A DNA stretch of 64,000 nt from the NCBI GenBank assembly GCA_031285625.1, contig JAITVV010000007.1, positions 96,001-160,000 on the forward strand, in the 5' to 3' direction. The notes beneath the pieces were generated by a model, which had not been told where the DNA came from, did not search any database, and saw nothing but the letters and a program-made list of their open reading frames with translations. Positions 20,046 to 31,700 of this stretch are shown here, in pieces. The number at the start of each line of letters is the position of its first letter. The stretch's first letter is position 1. Position numbers and translations under genes: made by a program. This stretch comes from Prevotella sp. (GTDB lineage Bacteria > Bacteroidota > Bacteroidia > Bacteroidales > Dysgonomonadaceae).

Positions 20046-21965
20046 TCAATAGATTCGTTCCAGATATATACAATCAAATTCAAATTCATTTCTCCCATTA
20101 TTATTTTTCACTTTTATAGATAAAGAGTTTGTTTGCGCTGTTATATCCATATTACCTATGTATTGCTTTTCATTAAATTTGTCTTCGGTACTGTATGATG
20201 ATTTATAACTACTTATTTCCTCCTGTCTCTGCCAGATAATAAAATCGCCTCCTGTTGGTTTCATATGATAAGAAAGATAAATCCTATATCTTCCTTCGGG
20301 GATATCATCCAGAAAGACTTTTATTCCTCCTTCGCTCTTCGATTGTATATTTATCCCTCTCATATAGCTTATTTGTGTATCATGAAAGGCTGAAAACTTC
20401 ATCAATTGAGGATAAAACCGATAATTATCCGGCTCGTAAACAGTACGTAGTCTTTCTTCAGGTTCAATTTGTTGCAGCAGCGGTTTTTCTGCATAATAAA
20501 AAGCAACTGAGGTATAATCTACAGGATATTTATTTCCTACAGGCCCGTGTTCCATTGCATGACATATTTCCTTTTCGAATGAAAGTTTATCCCCCAGATA
20601 AAAGCGATATCCTCCTGTACGGGCAGATTGCAAAGAATAAGACAAAGATCCATGTATAGGAAGGCTTACATCGCGATCCCATCTGTCAAGCAATGCATAC
20701 CAACCTCCATTATAATAGTCCTCAGAGCCTGTACCATGTATACGCATCTTACCATCTACGTACGTAGAATCATCCCCTTCAAAAAATTCTGTCATCTGAG
20801 GTAATAATCCTTGTGCCTGATGTATTGTACCTATATAATGCCCTTTACCTTTTACTGAAAGGAAATCATAAAACTTCCCTTCTGGAGGATTAATCTCCCT
20901 GTTCCAATTGGTATAGAGTTTTCCTTCTTCTGCCGGATTCCTAACTTCTGTTTTATAATATACTTTTACCCTGATCAAAATAGAAGGCTGCCCTTCACCC
21001 TCACGTTTTTTATATATCAACTTCATTGTAGCAGTATTGTAAGGGCTGGGAATGTAACAATAGTTTATTCCATCCTTTTTCCCCAACAAGTAGCTTCTCA
21101 TAGAAGCTTTGCCATAAGCATATCCAAAAAAATCGGCGGCAGGGGCATGGATAGCAGGAATAGTTTCATTATCCCACACAACATTCAATATTATATCTTT
21201 ATATTTACTTTCGAAATAACCGTTATCATCAATCTCGAAGCCAAGGATACGCCCCGATTGGTTTTGTGAAAAGAATATTTGTTTGCTACCGGGCTCCAGT
21301 ACAAAGCTTTCCTCCTTCACCAATATATCGTCATTAACAGGTTTTGCCAATTGTTTCCATTTCAAATCTATGGTTTTCAATATATTCTTCTCATTCTGGT
21401 CAAGATCGCCCGTGAATGTTTCCACCTTATAACCCAGAAGATTACGATACTGTATCTGATAAAACTTCATTGTTTCGCCAGAAAACATAACCTTACACGA
21501 CTTGCTATAAGGAATAGGCAAATAACAATAATATCCTCCGATCTCATTACCGCATAAGGGTTTTATGAAAGGATAGACTTTACCTGAAAATAGATCATCG
21601 AAACATATTTTTAGTCCGGCATCTTTTTGACCATCGAAATAGAATTCTATAGTATCATTAGTGGGTGTAGGTGTCCATATACGATTAATCACTCCCGGGC
21701 CTTTCAGATCAGCAAGTATGAGTTTCCCATCCTCCTTGCCAACAAAAGAATATGTACCTTCAAAGCCATCGTTATTACCTCCTGTCCGATCATAACTGGA
21801 TACTTGTTCTACAATCCCATCACGATAGCAAGGGAGTAAATTGACATTATATAGTTGTTCCAGTTCTTTGGCATAACTGAATATCCGTTCATTTTTTTGT
21901 GCATTAATTACTACCCCAAAGCTCAGTATGAATAAAACAATAAATAATCTTACCCGATGTACCAT
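20046..21965 (-). CDS. GH172 (DUF2961) glycoside hydrolase, long multidomain form
   Basis: SSYDRTGGNND, GPGVINRIW, FFEGDD, HGTGSEDYYNGGW, EHG motifs; signal peptide; extra C-terminal beta domain. Confidence 0.88.
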   Translation of the reverse strand: MVHRVRLFIVLFILSFGVVINAQKNERIFSYAKELEQLYNVNLLPCYRDGIVEQVSSYDRTGGNNDGFEGTYSFVGKEDGKLILADLKGPGVINRIWTPTPTNDTIEFYFDGQKDAGLKICFDDLFSGKVYPFIKPLCGNEIGGYYCYLPIPYSKSCKVMFSGETMKFYQIQYRNLLGYKVETFTGDLDQNEKNILKTIDLKWKQLAKPVNDDILVKEESFVLEPGSKQIFFSQNQSGRILGFEIDDNGYFESKYKDIILNVVWDNETIPAIHAPAADFFGYAYGKASMRSYLLGKKDGINYCYIPSPYNTATMKLIYKKREGEGQPSILIRVKVYYKTEVRNPAEEGKLYTNWNREINPPEGKFYDFLSVKGKGHYIGTIHQAQGLLPQMTEFFEGDDSTYVDGKMRIHGTGSEDYYNGGWYALLDRWDRDVSLPIHGSLSYSLQSARTGGYRFYLGDKLSFEKEICHAMEHGPVGNKYPVDYTSVAFYYAEKPLLQQIEPEERLRTVYEPDNYRFYPQLMKFSAFHDTQISYMRGINIQSKSEGGIKVFLDDIPEGRYRIYLSYHMKPTGGDFIIWQRQEEISSYKSSYSTEDKFNEKQYIGNMDITAQTNSLSIKVKNNNGRNEFEFDCIYLERIY

Positions 21966-22017
21966 AGTCGCATATTTTTAGAAATGAATATCTATAGAAT
22001 TCTTATACTATTCCAAA

Positions 22018-23172
22018 TTAATGGTTCCAGCTTTTCTTTCCGGCCTTTGATTCCTGCCAAGCCTTACGCCACATATGTATATCCCAGAAATTAGTAAAAG
22101 GCATTAGCTTACGATTATTTCTATCAGGAATAGCAGGTATCATAGAAGCCTCAGTCTGATACCAATAAGCAACAGTTGCTATATCCAACTGCATATCATT
22201 GGATGTGCCATGCTCAATAGTAGCTTTCAGCGATTTTTCGAAGAAAACAGGATCAGTGATAAAGAAACGGTACACATGTGTTCTACCCAGCCAACCATTA
22301 TCCTCATTTACACGTGGGTAACCGAAAAACGGACTTTGAAAAGGTTCTTTAGGGCACCATGATGTATTAAAAAAATCTTCGGTTCCGGTTCCGACCATCG
22401 ATGGTATTTTCTCACCGTCTATATACCACATATCATCACCTTCACCATACCATGCCGGACTGGGAGAATGCACATAATAATTAAGACCGATAAAATGCCC
22501 CTCACCTTTAATATCAGCAAACACATAATTTTCTTTTCCATCTATATTGGCTACCTCATGGCCTGTTACCGGATCGCTTATAGCTTCTGTAATCTCACGG
22601 TTATACCATGCATGAAACCGCCCAAGGTCTTTATCCAGTTTGTCTACTTGCCAATAGTCCACATAGAAAAAGATATTATCTATTGTTTTATCAGTCTGGT
22701 TTTCTATCTCAATACGTGCTCCATTTGCAAAAGGCATAGCAAAATAAGAAGATAATCCTGTACCATTAGCCGGACCAGCCGACAAAGCATAAGAACTAAA
22801 GTTGTAACGCTCATCCCATCCTTGTCCGAAGAAAGGGCCGATAGGCGACTCCACGGAAGGATAATCTTTACCATCCCAATACATACGGATAATAATATCG
22901 TTCCTGTTAATCAATTCGGGTGGAGGTGCTATGGTAAACCATATATGATTGATTATTCCGGAGCCTTTTATATCACAAACTACAGCTTTCTCCCCCGGTT
23001 TTATACCAACGAGCCTGTCTCCATTAAATCCCTCTTTATCATAACTGCTGATTCTTTTTGAATAGTAGCCTTTCTTTATTTTTGCAAGATCATATGTGAC
23101 ACCATTAGACTGCTGTGCCATAATAGTAGTTGCAAAAAAACATAAGGCCAACATAATAAAATATTTTTTCAT
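22018..23172 (-). CDS. GH172 (DUF2961) alpha-D-arabinofuranosidase-like glycoside hydrolase
   Basis: ISSYD, GIINHIWFT, WYGEGDD, GTGTEDFFN (both catalytic Glu motifs), YRF...DPV.F, IEHG. Confidence 0.92.
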   Translation of the reverse strand: MKKYFIMLALCFFATTIMAQQSNGVTYDLAKIKKGYYSKRISSYDKEGFNGDRLVGIKPGEKAVVCDIKGSGIINHIWFTIAPPPELINRNDIIIRMYWDGKDYPSVESPIGPFFGQGWDERYNFSSYALSAGPANGTGLSSYFAMPFANGARIEIENQTDKTIDNIFFYVDYWQVDKLDKDLGRFHAWYNREITEAISDPVTGHEVANIDGKENYVFADIKGEGHFIGLNYYVHSPSPAWYGEGDDMWYIDGEKIPSMVGTGTEDFFNTSWCPKEPFQSPFFGYPRVNEDNGWLGRTHVYRFFITDPVFFEKSLKATIEHGTSNDMQLDIATVAYWYQTEASMIPAIPDRNNRKLMPFTNFWDIHMWRKAWQESKAGKKSWNH

Positions 23173-23283
23173 AGATTTATCATATATTTCTGCAACAGCA
23201 ATAGTTGATTACAATTAAATGATGTTGCATTAAATGATTTTTACTTAAATAATTCTGTATCTTTAAATAGTTTTTAGCAAAAA

Positions 23284-23386
23284 TGTCAATAAGTGGTATT
23301 TGAAGTAGATTCATTTTATACTTCTTATGACAGATTCATTCTTTTTTTAAAGCTCCCCGTTAGAGAACAGATTTTCGGGGAGCTTT
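23284..23386 (-). repeat. Structured intergenic element, copy 1 (two hairpins plus conserved linker)
   Basis: TGTCAATAAG...TTTATACTTC..TGACAGATTCATTCTTTTT, then stem AAAGCTCCCCG/CGGGGAGCTTT with GAGAACAGA in the loop. The same blocks recur at 28579-28707. Confidence 0.75.
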
Positions 23387-23420
23387 CTCTTGAATAACTA
23401 AAATCCAAAACCAATAACTC

Positions 23421-23466
23421 AAAAGTCCCGGTATAAGTCTGTCTACTATAAGAAATATACCGGGAC
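23421..23466 (-). terminator. Terminator-like hairpin after susD
   Basis: GTCCCGGTATA...TATACCGGGAC stem followed by TTTT on the minus strand. Confidence 0.6.
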
Positions 23467-23492
23467 AGTATCAAAAAACAATCATAAGAGTA

Positions 23493-25193
23493 CTATTTCC
23501 AACCTGGATTCTGTTCTAGTGCAGGATTTAGCAATATCTGCCTTGTTGGTAACGGGAACAGATAATGCTTCTGCTCAAAATTCCGCTTCGATGAAGCCTC
23601 CAACAAGATACAACCTTCAGAATCATAGTCATATTTTACGTTTTCCCATAATGGGTTTGTTTCATATTCAGTTCCTTGAAACTTAACTCCTCTAAGAGGT
23701 TCTTTTAATTCTACTTCGGCGGTTTTCCAACGACGCAAATCATCAAGTCTGTATCCTTCAAGGCTCAGTTCTATTGTACGCTCACGCCTTATTTCCGTCA
23801 GCATATCCAATCCGTATTTACTCACATGAGCATTTGTCAGATGTACCATGCTAACCCTGTCACGCAGCTTGTTTATACTTATTTTAAGTTCATCATCGGT
23901 TATTTTTCCATTTTTCTCATGCAGAGCTTCTGCATAAATCAATAATACTTCTGTATAACGGATAACCGGCCAATCCATTCCCATCGGGAAACTTATTTCT
24001 GAGACACCTTTCAGATTGCGATAACCTGTTTGTGTCCAGAAACCAAAATCTACATTGTAGATAATACCTGTACTTTCGGGATCGTCCCAATTTACATTAT
24101 ATACCGGTTGAGAAAATAGCCAAAAACGCTCAAACGGCTTCACAAAGAATATATCCATACGCGGATCACGATCCTGATATTCATCCAGCACCATATTGTA
24201 TCCTTTAAATACACTACTTGCATGCGTGATAGGAACTCCGTTCTTATCAAGATACATATCTGCCAGTTTCTTCGTAGGGCATAACTCATGAGAATGCTCA
24301 TAACGAGGAGACTCTCTTATATCCTGATCGTAACGATTGGCAAGTATAGTTTCTGACTGATCAGCTTTGGTCAACCCGGCAGGATTTGATTTAAGAGTAG
24401 ATAGAGTGAAATAATATTTATAGCTCAGATCACCCAGAACATCCCTACGATCAAATAATTTATATTCCTCCGAATCTATGACTGCCTTTGATGCATCTAC
24501 TGCTGCTGAAATAAATTTATCGGCATCACTCAATCCATGGTATTTACGCCATGTACCTTCAAACAAGCATACTCTGGCTTTAAAAGCTTGTGCAGCCCCT
24601 TTAGATACACGTCCTTTATCACCTGCACTGATATCTGATTCGAGAGGTAGATCTGTAATAGCTTCATCAAGGTCTTTTACTATAAAGTCTGCAATGGCTT
24701 CACGTGTTGCACGTGGACCATATAGATATTCCGTATCATTTAATGTTAATGTTTTATCGATCAGAGGAACGCCACCAAAACGTTTTAACAGATTAAAATA
24801 ATGGAATGCCCGGAAAAACTTAGCTTCAGCTTCATAAACTTTGATGCCACTCTTTATATCGTCAGATGCCTTATTAGCACTTTCCAGTGCATAATTAGCA
24901 TACCGGATCATCCTATACGAAAAATCCCAAGTTCCATCACCCGGCGATGGTACATAAGAACTATTACTGACGGAATTAAAACCACTTGGCTTTGTAATAT
25001 CAGACATATCATCATCAGCATTGAAGGATGGTAATTCAGGATAGAACTGGTTAAGATATAATTTAAAATCCTCAACAGTCTTAAAATACACAGCATCTGT
25101 AATCACATCCTTGGATTGGAGATCAAGACCTTTTTCACATGAAATTGTGAAAAGAGATATTAAACATATTAATAATATTTTTCGTGTTTTCAT
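23493..25193 (-). CDS. SusD/RagB family glycan-binding lipoprotein
   Basis: Lipobox TISC, AEAKFFRAFHYFNLLKRFGGVP, IRYTEVLLIYAEA, RRERTIELSLEG.R.DDLRRW, QNPGW. Confidence 0.96.
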   Translation of the reverse strand: MKTRKILLICLISLFTISCEKGLDLQSKDVITDAVYFKTVEDFKLYLNQFYPELPSFNADDDMSDITKPSGFNSVSNSSYVPSPGDGTWDFSYRMIRYANYALESANKASDDIKSGIKVYEAEAKFFRAFHYFNLLKRFGGVPLIDKTLTLNDTEYLYGPRATREAIADFIVKDLDEAITDLPLESDISAGDKGRVSKGAAQAFKARVCLFEGTWRKYHGLSDADKFISAAVDASKAVIDSEEYKLFDRRDVLGDLSYKYYFTLSTLKSNPAGLTKADQSETILANRYDQDIRESPRYEHSHELCPTKKLADMYLDKNGVPITHASSVFKGYNMVLDEYQDRDPRMDIFFVKPFERFWLFSQPVYNVNWDDPESTGIIYNVDFGFWTQTGYRNLKGVSEISFPMGMDWPVIRYTEVLLIYAEALHEKNGKITDDELKISINKLRDRVSMVHLTNAHVSKYGLDMLTEIRRERTIELSLEGYRLDDLRRWKTAEVELKEPLRGVKFQGTEYETNPLWENVKYDYDSEGCILLEASSKRNFEQKHYLFPLPTRQILLNPALEQNPGWK

Positions 25194-25207
25194 AATCTTT
25201 TCGTGTT

Positions 25208-28200
25208 TTAGAATACTACATTTATTCCTAATGAAAAAGTACGGGTGAATGGTATCAGATTTTCACTAAACGGTGCTTCAGGATCAAATCCCTTAGGAAG
25301 ATTATCAAATTCAAACAAGTTGGTACCATTTACATACGTGCGTACTTTTTCCACTCCAAATTTTCGTGTAAGGGTTTGAGGCAGAGTATATCCCAACTGT
25401 ATATCTTTCAGTCTCAGATATCTGTTGTTTACAAATTTGTAAGGGGCACTTGATTGTTGATAGTTATACCAGTGTACCCCGCCATCCTGAGTCAGACGTG
25501 GATATAATGCACCCATGTTTGTCTCTGTCCATGTATCCTGATAGAAATATTCAGAAGCTTGTTTCCATACCTCAGGACCCGCTGCATAAGTATTATTCAT
25601 TACATTCCATTTGCCTACCCCCTGGAGAAATGCTTTGAAATCAAAACCTTTCCACTCCAATTCTAAATTTATACCATATAGATAATGCTGATTACCATCA
25701 CCTTTGTAGATTATATCTCCGGAACTATCATCTCCTTCTTTATACAAATGAGGTTCTAACGTACCATCACCATCCATATCTTTAAATTTAGCATCTCCAA
25801 GTCTAAGATTTGTCGGAACACCTTTAACATTTGATAAATAGTTGTTCAGATCAGCCTCAGAGCTGATAAATCCATCAAATTCATAAAGGAAATAAGAGTT
25901 TGCAGGATAGCCTTCAATGAAAGCATTATGCCCATAACCCGGATTTCTGGCATCTTTCAGATTAACAACTTTACTTGTATTGTTACTCAAAGAGACTCCT
26001 ATGCGATAACCCAAGGCTCCTATATTATCTTTCCAGCTAATTGCAACTTCCCAACCATTAGTCCTTAGATGCGCTCCATTGATACGAGGTGCACCTGTAC
26101 CTAATACTGAAGGGAATTCCTCGGCATAGAACATACCTTTATTTTCTTTGATATAGTAATCAAAGGTTCCTCCCAAACGGTTGTCCAGTATGGAGAAATC
26201 CAGACCTCCATTATAAGAATTGATTGTTTCCCAAGTCTGATCAACAGCCGGCATACCTCCTAATGTAGCCTGCATTGACTTTGAAGGTGAATTTGAATTA
26301 CCAAAAGGGTATTGTCCACCTACATTGATATACTGATAATGATCATACAATCCGATACCAGCCTGGTTACCCAGCTGTCCCCATGATAGCCTTAGTTTCA
26401 GATAATCAATATAATTCTTTGCACCTTTAAAGAATTTCTCGTTGGAAACAATCCACGAACCTGAAACCCCAAAGAAATCTTCCCATTTGTGTCCATCCGC
26501 AAATCTGGAAGAACCATCGTTACGATAAGTCGCTTCAAGAAAATAACGGCTATCGAAATCATAGCTCAATCGGCCAAAAAAAGAAGTTATAGCCCAGTCA
26601 TTACGATATTCACTATTGAACTGCTCATTAGCATCACCAATACCCATTACCTCTAACTGGTCTGTAATAAGGTTGTAACGATGAGCACCAAAGCCACGAT
26701 TATCTAGTTCCTCATGCGAGCCTCCGGCCATTACATTGAAGCTGTGCTTATTTATATCAAAATTGTAGTTTGCATATATATTTGCCACAACATGCTCATT
26801 CCTATCATACTGAGAGGCAGCCTTAGTTTTTCCACTATACCAGTAATCGATCACATCATAGTTTAATGAACCATCCCAATGATATGTCTGGTGCCTCTTT
26901 CGAGAGTAGCTCTCATCACGAATATCATAATTCATAGAAAGGTCACCTGTTATAGTCAGGTTTTTAATAGGTGTCAGGTCGAAACCTAATTGAGTGTAAT
27001 ATGAATAATATGTTTTGTTTGTATTGCCTATATGATTAGCAAAAGCTATTGGGTTACCAAAACCACCGGAAGCATAGTATTCACCACGATCATTATATGT
27101 AGGCTGGCAATTCCATGTCCAGTAAGTTAACCATGCAAGCTGATTAATATCGTAAGGTTCTACAACTTTTTTACGACCTACGCAAACATTAGAGCGGAAT
27201 TTCAGGTATTTGTTAATTTCAAAATCATATTTGAACCGTGCAGAATATTTCTTATTTGAATGATCTCCATATTGGAACATAGAACTCTGGTCTAAATACC
27301 CCAGGGATACATAATAATTTGATTTTTCGGTTTTTCCTGAGATAGTAAGATTGTGAGAATGGTCGAATGCTGTTCCGTACATTTCATCCCACCAATCATG
27401 ATTACCAAGTACAAGATCGGGAGTATCACCAAATGGGCCCTTTACAACCAACGGATTTTTTGCATTAAGGTCTGCCGTATTGATATATTGTACCAAATGA
27501 GAGAAAAAATGAGTTGCGATACCATCATTTGTATATGCCTGATTCATCATATCGATGTGTTGCAGTACGTTTACTTTACGAGGAACCCGCGCCGGCTTAT
27601 TGAAAGAGAAATCACCGGAATAACTGATTGTTGGTCTTTCACTCCGACCCTTCTTTGTGGTAACCAGTATAACACCTCCGGCAGCACGGGCACCATATAT
27701 AGCAGCCTGCGCATCTTTGAGGATAGTCATACTCTCTATATCCTGAGGGTTGATTTTATTTAATGCAGAAGCATTATTATCTTTATAAGGAATACCATCT
27801 ACAACAACCAATATACCCGGATCGGCACGGGATGTAACTCCACGAATCTGAATATCAAAACCTTCTTCTCCAATTTTCCCGGGATTATTTCTCCTTATTT
27901 CCATTCCGGGAACAACCCCTTGCAAGAATGAAGCAGTATTAGTCATCGGCCTGTTTTCGAATTGTTTTTTGTCAACAACATCTACCGCACCGGTAGTCGT
28001 TGCCCTGGTTTTAACACCATATCCGATGGCTACTATCTCCTGAAGCATAATTGCATCTTCTTTCAGATCGAGATCAATTGTTGTCCTACCTTTTACTTCT
28101 ACTTCTTCGGATCTCATCCCCATAAAAGAGAAAACCAGTATATCTGTTCCAGCAGGCATATTTATAGCATATTTACCATCTACATCGGATAGTACACCAA

Positions 28201-28363
28201 CAGTTGTTCCTTTCACAACAACGGAAACGCCAGGCATTGTGTTTCCTTGCACATCTTTGATTATTCCGCTAACAGTTCTTGCATTCTGGGCATACATTGT
28301 CCCCACAGAGACAAGGCATAAAGCAAGAAACAGCATGGATATTCTTACAGATATTAATTTCAT
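25208..28363 (-). CDS. SusC/RagA family TonB-dependent transporter
   Basis: CarboxypepD_reg-like N-terminus, plug INPQDIESMTILKDAQAAIYGARAAGGVILVTTKKG, YLRLKDIQLGY, terminal Phe. Confidence 0.97.
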   Translation of the reverse strand: MKLISVRISMLFLALCLVSVGTMYAQNARTVSGIIKDVQGNTMPGVSVVVKGTTVGVLSDVDGKYAINMPAGTDILVFSFMGMRSEEVEVKGRTTIDLDLKEDAIMLQEIVAIGYGVKTRATTTGAVDVVDKKQFENRPMTNTASFLQGVVPGMEIRRNNPGKIGEEGFDIQIRGVTSRADPGILVVVDGIPYKDNNASALNKINPQDIESMTILKDAQAAIYGARAAGGVILVTTKKGRSERPTISYSGDFSFNKPARVPRKVNVLQHIDMMNQAYTNDGIATHFFSHLVQYINTADLNAKNPLVVKGPFGDTPDLVLGNHDWWDEMYGTAFDHSHNLTISGKTEKSNYYVSLGYLDQSSMFQYGDHSNKKYSARFKYDFEINKYLKFRSNVCVGRKKVVEPYDINQLAWLTYWTWNCQPTYNDRGEYYASGGFGNPIAFANHIGNTNKTYYSYYTQLGFDLTPIKNLTITGDLSMNYDIRDESYSRKRHQTYHWDGSLNYDVIDYWYSGKTKAASQYDRNEHVVANIYANYNFDINKHSFNVMAGGSHEELDNRGFGAHRYNLITDQLEVMGIGDANEQFNSEYRNDWAITSFFGRLSYDFDSRYFLEATYRNDGSSRFADGHKWEDFFGVSGSWIVSNEKFFKGAKNYIDYLKLRLSWGQLGNQAGIGLYDHYQYINVGGQYPFGNSNSPSKSMQATLGGMPAVDQTWETINSYNGGLDFSILDNRLGGTFDYYIKENKGMFYAEEFPSVLGTGAPRINGAHLRTNGWEVAISWKDNIGALGYRIGVSLSNNTSKVVNLKDARNPGYGHNAFIEGYPANSYFLYEFDGFISSEADLNNYLSNVKGVPTNLRLGDAKFKDMDGDGTLEPHLYKEGDDSSGDIIYKGDGNQHYLYGINLELEWKGFDFKAFLQGVGKWNVMNNTYAAGPEVWKQASEYFYQDTWTETNMGALYPRLTQDGGVHWYNYQQSSAPYKFVNNRYLRLKDIQLGYTLPQTLTRKFGVEKVRTYVNGTNLFEFDNLPKGFDPEAPFSENLIPFTRTFSLGINVVF

Positions 28364-28578
28364 AGTTTTTTGATTTAATTGTAACTTTTTATCTACAAAC
28401 CTATTTTTTGTCCATCCAAGTATAACTGATAGTTATGACTTTAAAATGTGACATCATTATTAGCGTTTACTTATCTATTTATCAAAGTACATTTCATTTT
28501 ATTCTTCGAATAAAGAATTTCAAGTGTGGTTATTAATTTTCAGTTTGTATGCCTGTGAAAATATTTTTTATTAGTATT

Positions 28579-28707
28579 TGTCAATAAGAATTATTTATAA
28601 ACAGACCGGCATTTTTCTGTCTTTATACTTCGTTTTTGACAGATTCATTCTTTTTCGCCTTTCTTTAAAACTGCTTCCCATACGAGAACAGAAGTATGGG
28701 AAGCAGT
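28579..28707 (-). repeat. Structured intergenic element, copy 2
   Basis: TGTCAATAAG...TTTATACTTC....TGACAGATTCATTCTTTTT, then stem ACTGCTTCCCATAC/GTATGGGAAGCAGT with GAGAACAGA in the loop. Confidence 0.75.
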
Positions 28708-28720
28708 CATTCACCTAAGT

Positions 28721-31700
28721 TTACAGAAAAACAACCTTAATTTTATCTCCTGTTTTTAAATTCAATTTATCAAATGATATATCTATCTGATCATTTACAT
28801 CAAATGTTGCTGGTATCACTTTATCATTGCAGAATACTTCTACCTTTTGCGGTGTAAATCCGGCAGGAACCGAAAGCTTTACTTTCTGCAGGGCAAGCCT
28901 GCCATGTTTTACTTCAATAGTATTCTGTTGATTACGTCCTTCTCCGGTTTGGGAGATATTACCCCATCCTTCTGCTGCCGTAAAGAATCCTCTGAATTTA
29001 TTTGAAATCAGCTTCGGAGAGAAGCTCATAACTCCTTTAGGACCATCGTACCAATAATTTTGAATAGCATTAAGAACTCCATACGATGCCATTGCACGTG
29101 CATAATGATCACCGCACTCAATTTCGTTCCATGGATTATGTTTGGCTCCATCATAACGTGAATGCACAGCTTTCACTATGGCAAGGCCTTCATCAACCAT
29201 ACCTCTCAATATCATATTGGTAGCTACCTGATATTCAATACCTGTCCATACCTCATCACGATACCTGACACCAGCCTCGCCCGGATGTTTACTGTGCGGC
29301 CATGTACAGATCAGTAATCCCGGTTCGCCTGAATGAGCATAATATCTTTCCGGAAGGTGTGCTTCTGTCTGAGGCCCCACATCATTTGTCCAGTTATACT
29401 TCCACACCGAACGCAGTGCTTTATCAATTGCATCATTCGGATACAGATCACCGAGCCTTAACAGATCTGCCCATGTTTGTCCAAATAACTGATCGCTAAG
29501 ACATCCTTTTCCATACTGATGCTCCGGATATTCCTTTTCATCTACATCCTGTATAAAGTATTCACCATTCCACAAACGATCCATTGTATTGTCAGATCCG
29601 GCAGTATATATCTTCTTGTAACGTTCAGCAGCTGTTGTGTCATTCATTATCATAGCCATCTTCTCTCCTGCACGCAATGCTGCCAGATACAGTGCGCCCA
29701 CATAGGTGTTGGCTCCATGAAATGAAATATCATATGTATTCGGTTGCTTCTTTACAATGAGACCATCTTCATTCCCATCTTCACGAATAATATATTCCAA
29801 TGATTTCTTTATTTTAGCCCAGTTACGGGATAAAAAGAAATTATCTTTCGACATCAGATGCTCACGATACATACGCAGTATAACACTCGCATGTCCGTCT
29901 ATGAGTATACCGTGCTCGCCATTGCGTGAGAGAATTCCTCCATCCGGTTGGAGAGATACACTGTAATCGGTTTTTTCGCGTAAGTTCCGTTCCAGTTCAG
30001 GAAACAATGCAGCCATTGCCTGAGCATACCCCCAAACATGTGTACATGTACCTTCACAGGATCCTACACCTTCCCATGCCCAGAACTTATCTGTAGCCCA
30101 CCACTGGCATGTTTCAGAGGCCAGAATAGATATAGGCATCATCAAGCGGTGAGTCAGCCAATAAGGTAATGTAGTCTGATTATAATATGTATCATGGAAA
30201 TCAAAAGTAGCTTTCTCCAGTTTGCTATAGTTTTCATGTAATTGTTCAGCTACATCAAGTGAACTATTATACCAATTGGAATACATATTACCTATAGCCG
30301 GAGAATTAGGGGGTAAAGGCCTGTTCCATTCAGAACCCTTATAGCTCAACGGCCTGTTAGGGAAATACCATGAAAGCACAAAGATAACTTCCTTAGATTC
30401 TCCCGGTTTCAGGCTCATTGTAGAAGTTAATCCTCCGTTCAGTTTATCGCCCAATAAAGCCTCGGCATATGCCAATCCGTCTTTTGTAATATCTGCTGTA
30501 GCAGTAGCATTCGCATCAAAAACAGTGAGGGATAAGTTACCAAAATAAGCATGAGTTTCATCTATTTTAATACGAGGCATACCTACAGGTTCGTTGGCGA
30601 ACTGAATATTATCTACACTGATATGCCCCCAGTCACCTGTAACATCATCGATAATTTCAAAATATGCTTTTTTCCCTTTCCATTTGCTTACATCCCAGTT
30701 GCGAGGAAGGAAGTCTTCATTATTATTTCCGGTAGCGCTCATTGCTACAATACCATCAATCACAAGATTCATACACGTCTTTCCTTTGTGTGCACCTCCT
30801 GCAATATTGAATGTGATGTATTTATCAGAAATCGTAAATGTTTTGGAAGTCATTTTCCCGGTTGGCTTATCATAATCACTGTATGAGTTAGCCAATCCTT
30901 TGCCATAGTCTCCTCCAAGCGGATTTTGATTGCAGAGTTCACCTGCAGCAGGTTTATTCCCAAAAGCGGTACCTTCTACACGCCAGTTATTATAATTGCC
31001 TGATTCAAAATCATCAAATACTTTAAATTTACGGGTAGGAGATTTATCATCTTTCACTTTCCCACTAACGCTCATATCCATATATACAGATTTCTGGGAA
31101 GCATTAGAAACAACCTTATTCCTTAATGTTCCGCCTGCTCGGTCTTTCAGATCAATGCAAACGAGATTTTGCATCCAGCCTGTGAGATCTGCCTTTACAG
31201 TTTTGTCTGAGGTGTTCTTAACCGTATATTTCAAGATCGTAGCAGGTGTTGCCGACTCCTTCGCATTCAAAGGAATAAAAGGAGAATATACCTGGGAACT
31301 AACCTTTACAGGAAGTTCATTACTTTTTGAGTTATAATCAATAAATGCTATTGGGTATTCACCTATGAAAGAGATATCATCAAAGTCTTTTTTACTTAAT
31401 TCCTTTGTATATTTCTTTTGACTATCATCCACCGTGATTTTAAAACCCTGATCGATATAACTCATCGGTTCGAATGTCTGATAACATACTTTCCATGGGC
31501 CTAACGGTGTCTCAAAATTTAATAACCAGTCTATACCATAACCGGTATTGTATGCATTATTTGCAATCCACCAGTTAGCCAGTGTTCCATCACCTCTAAC
31601 ATATAGTTGTCCGGCAGCAATTCCGCCGCAAGGCATACCAATAGTTACAAGTTCATTCCCTTTATATACTTTTCTTTCTCCTTTACTATTTTTATCTCCT

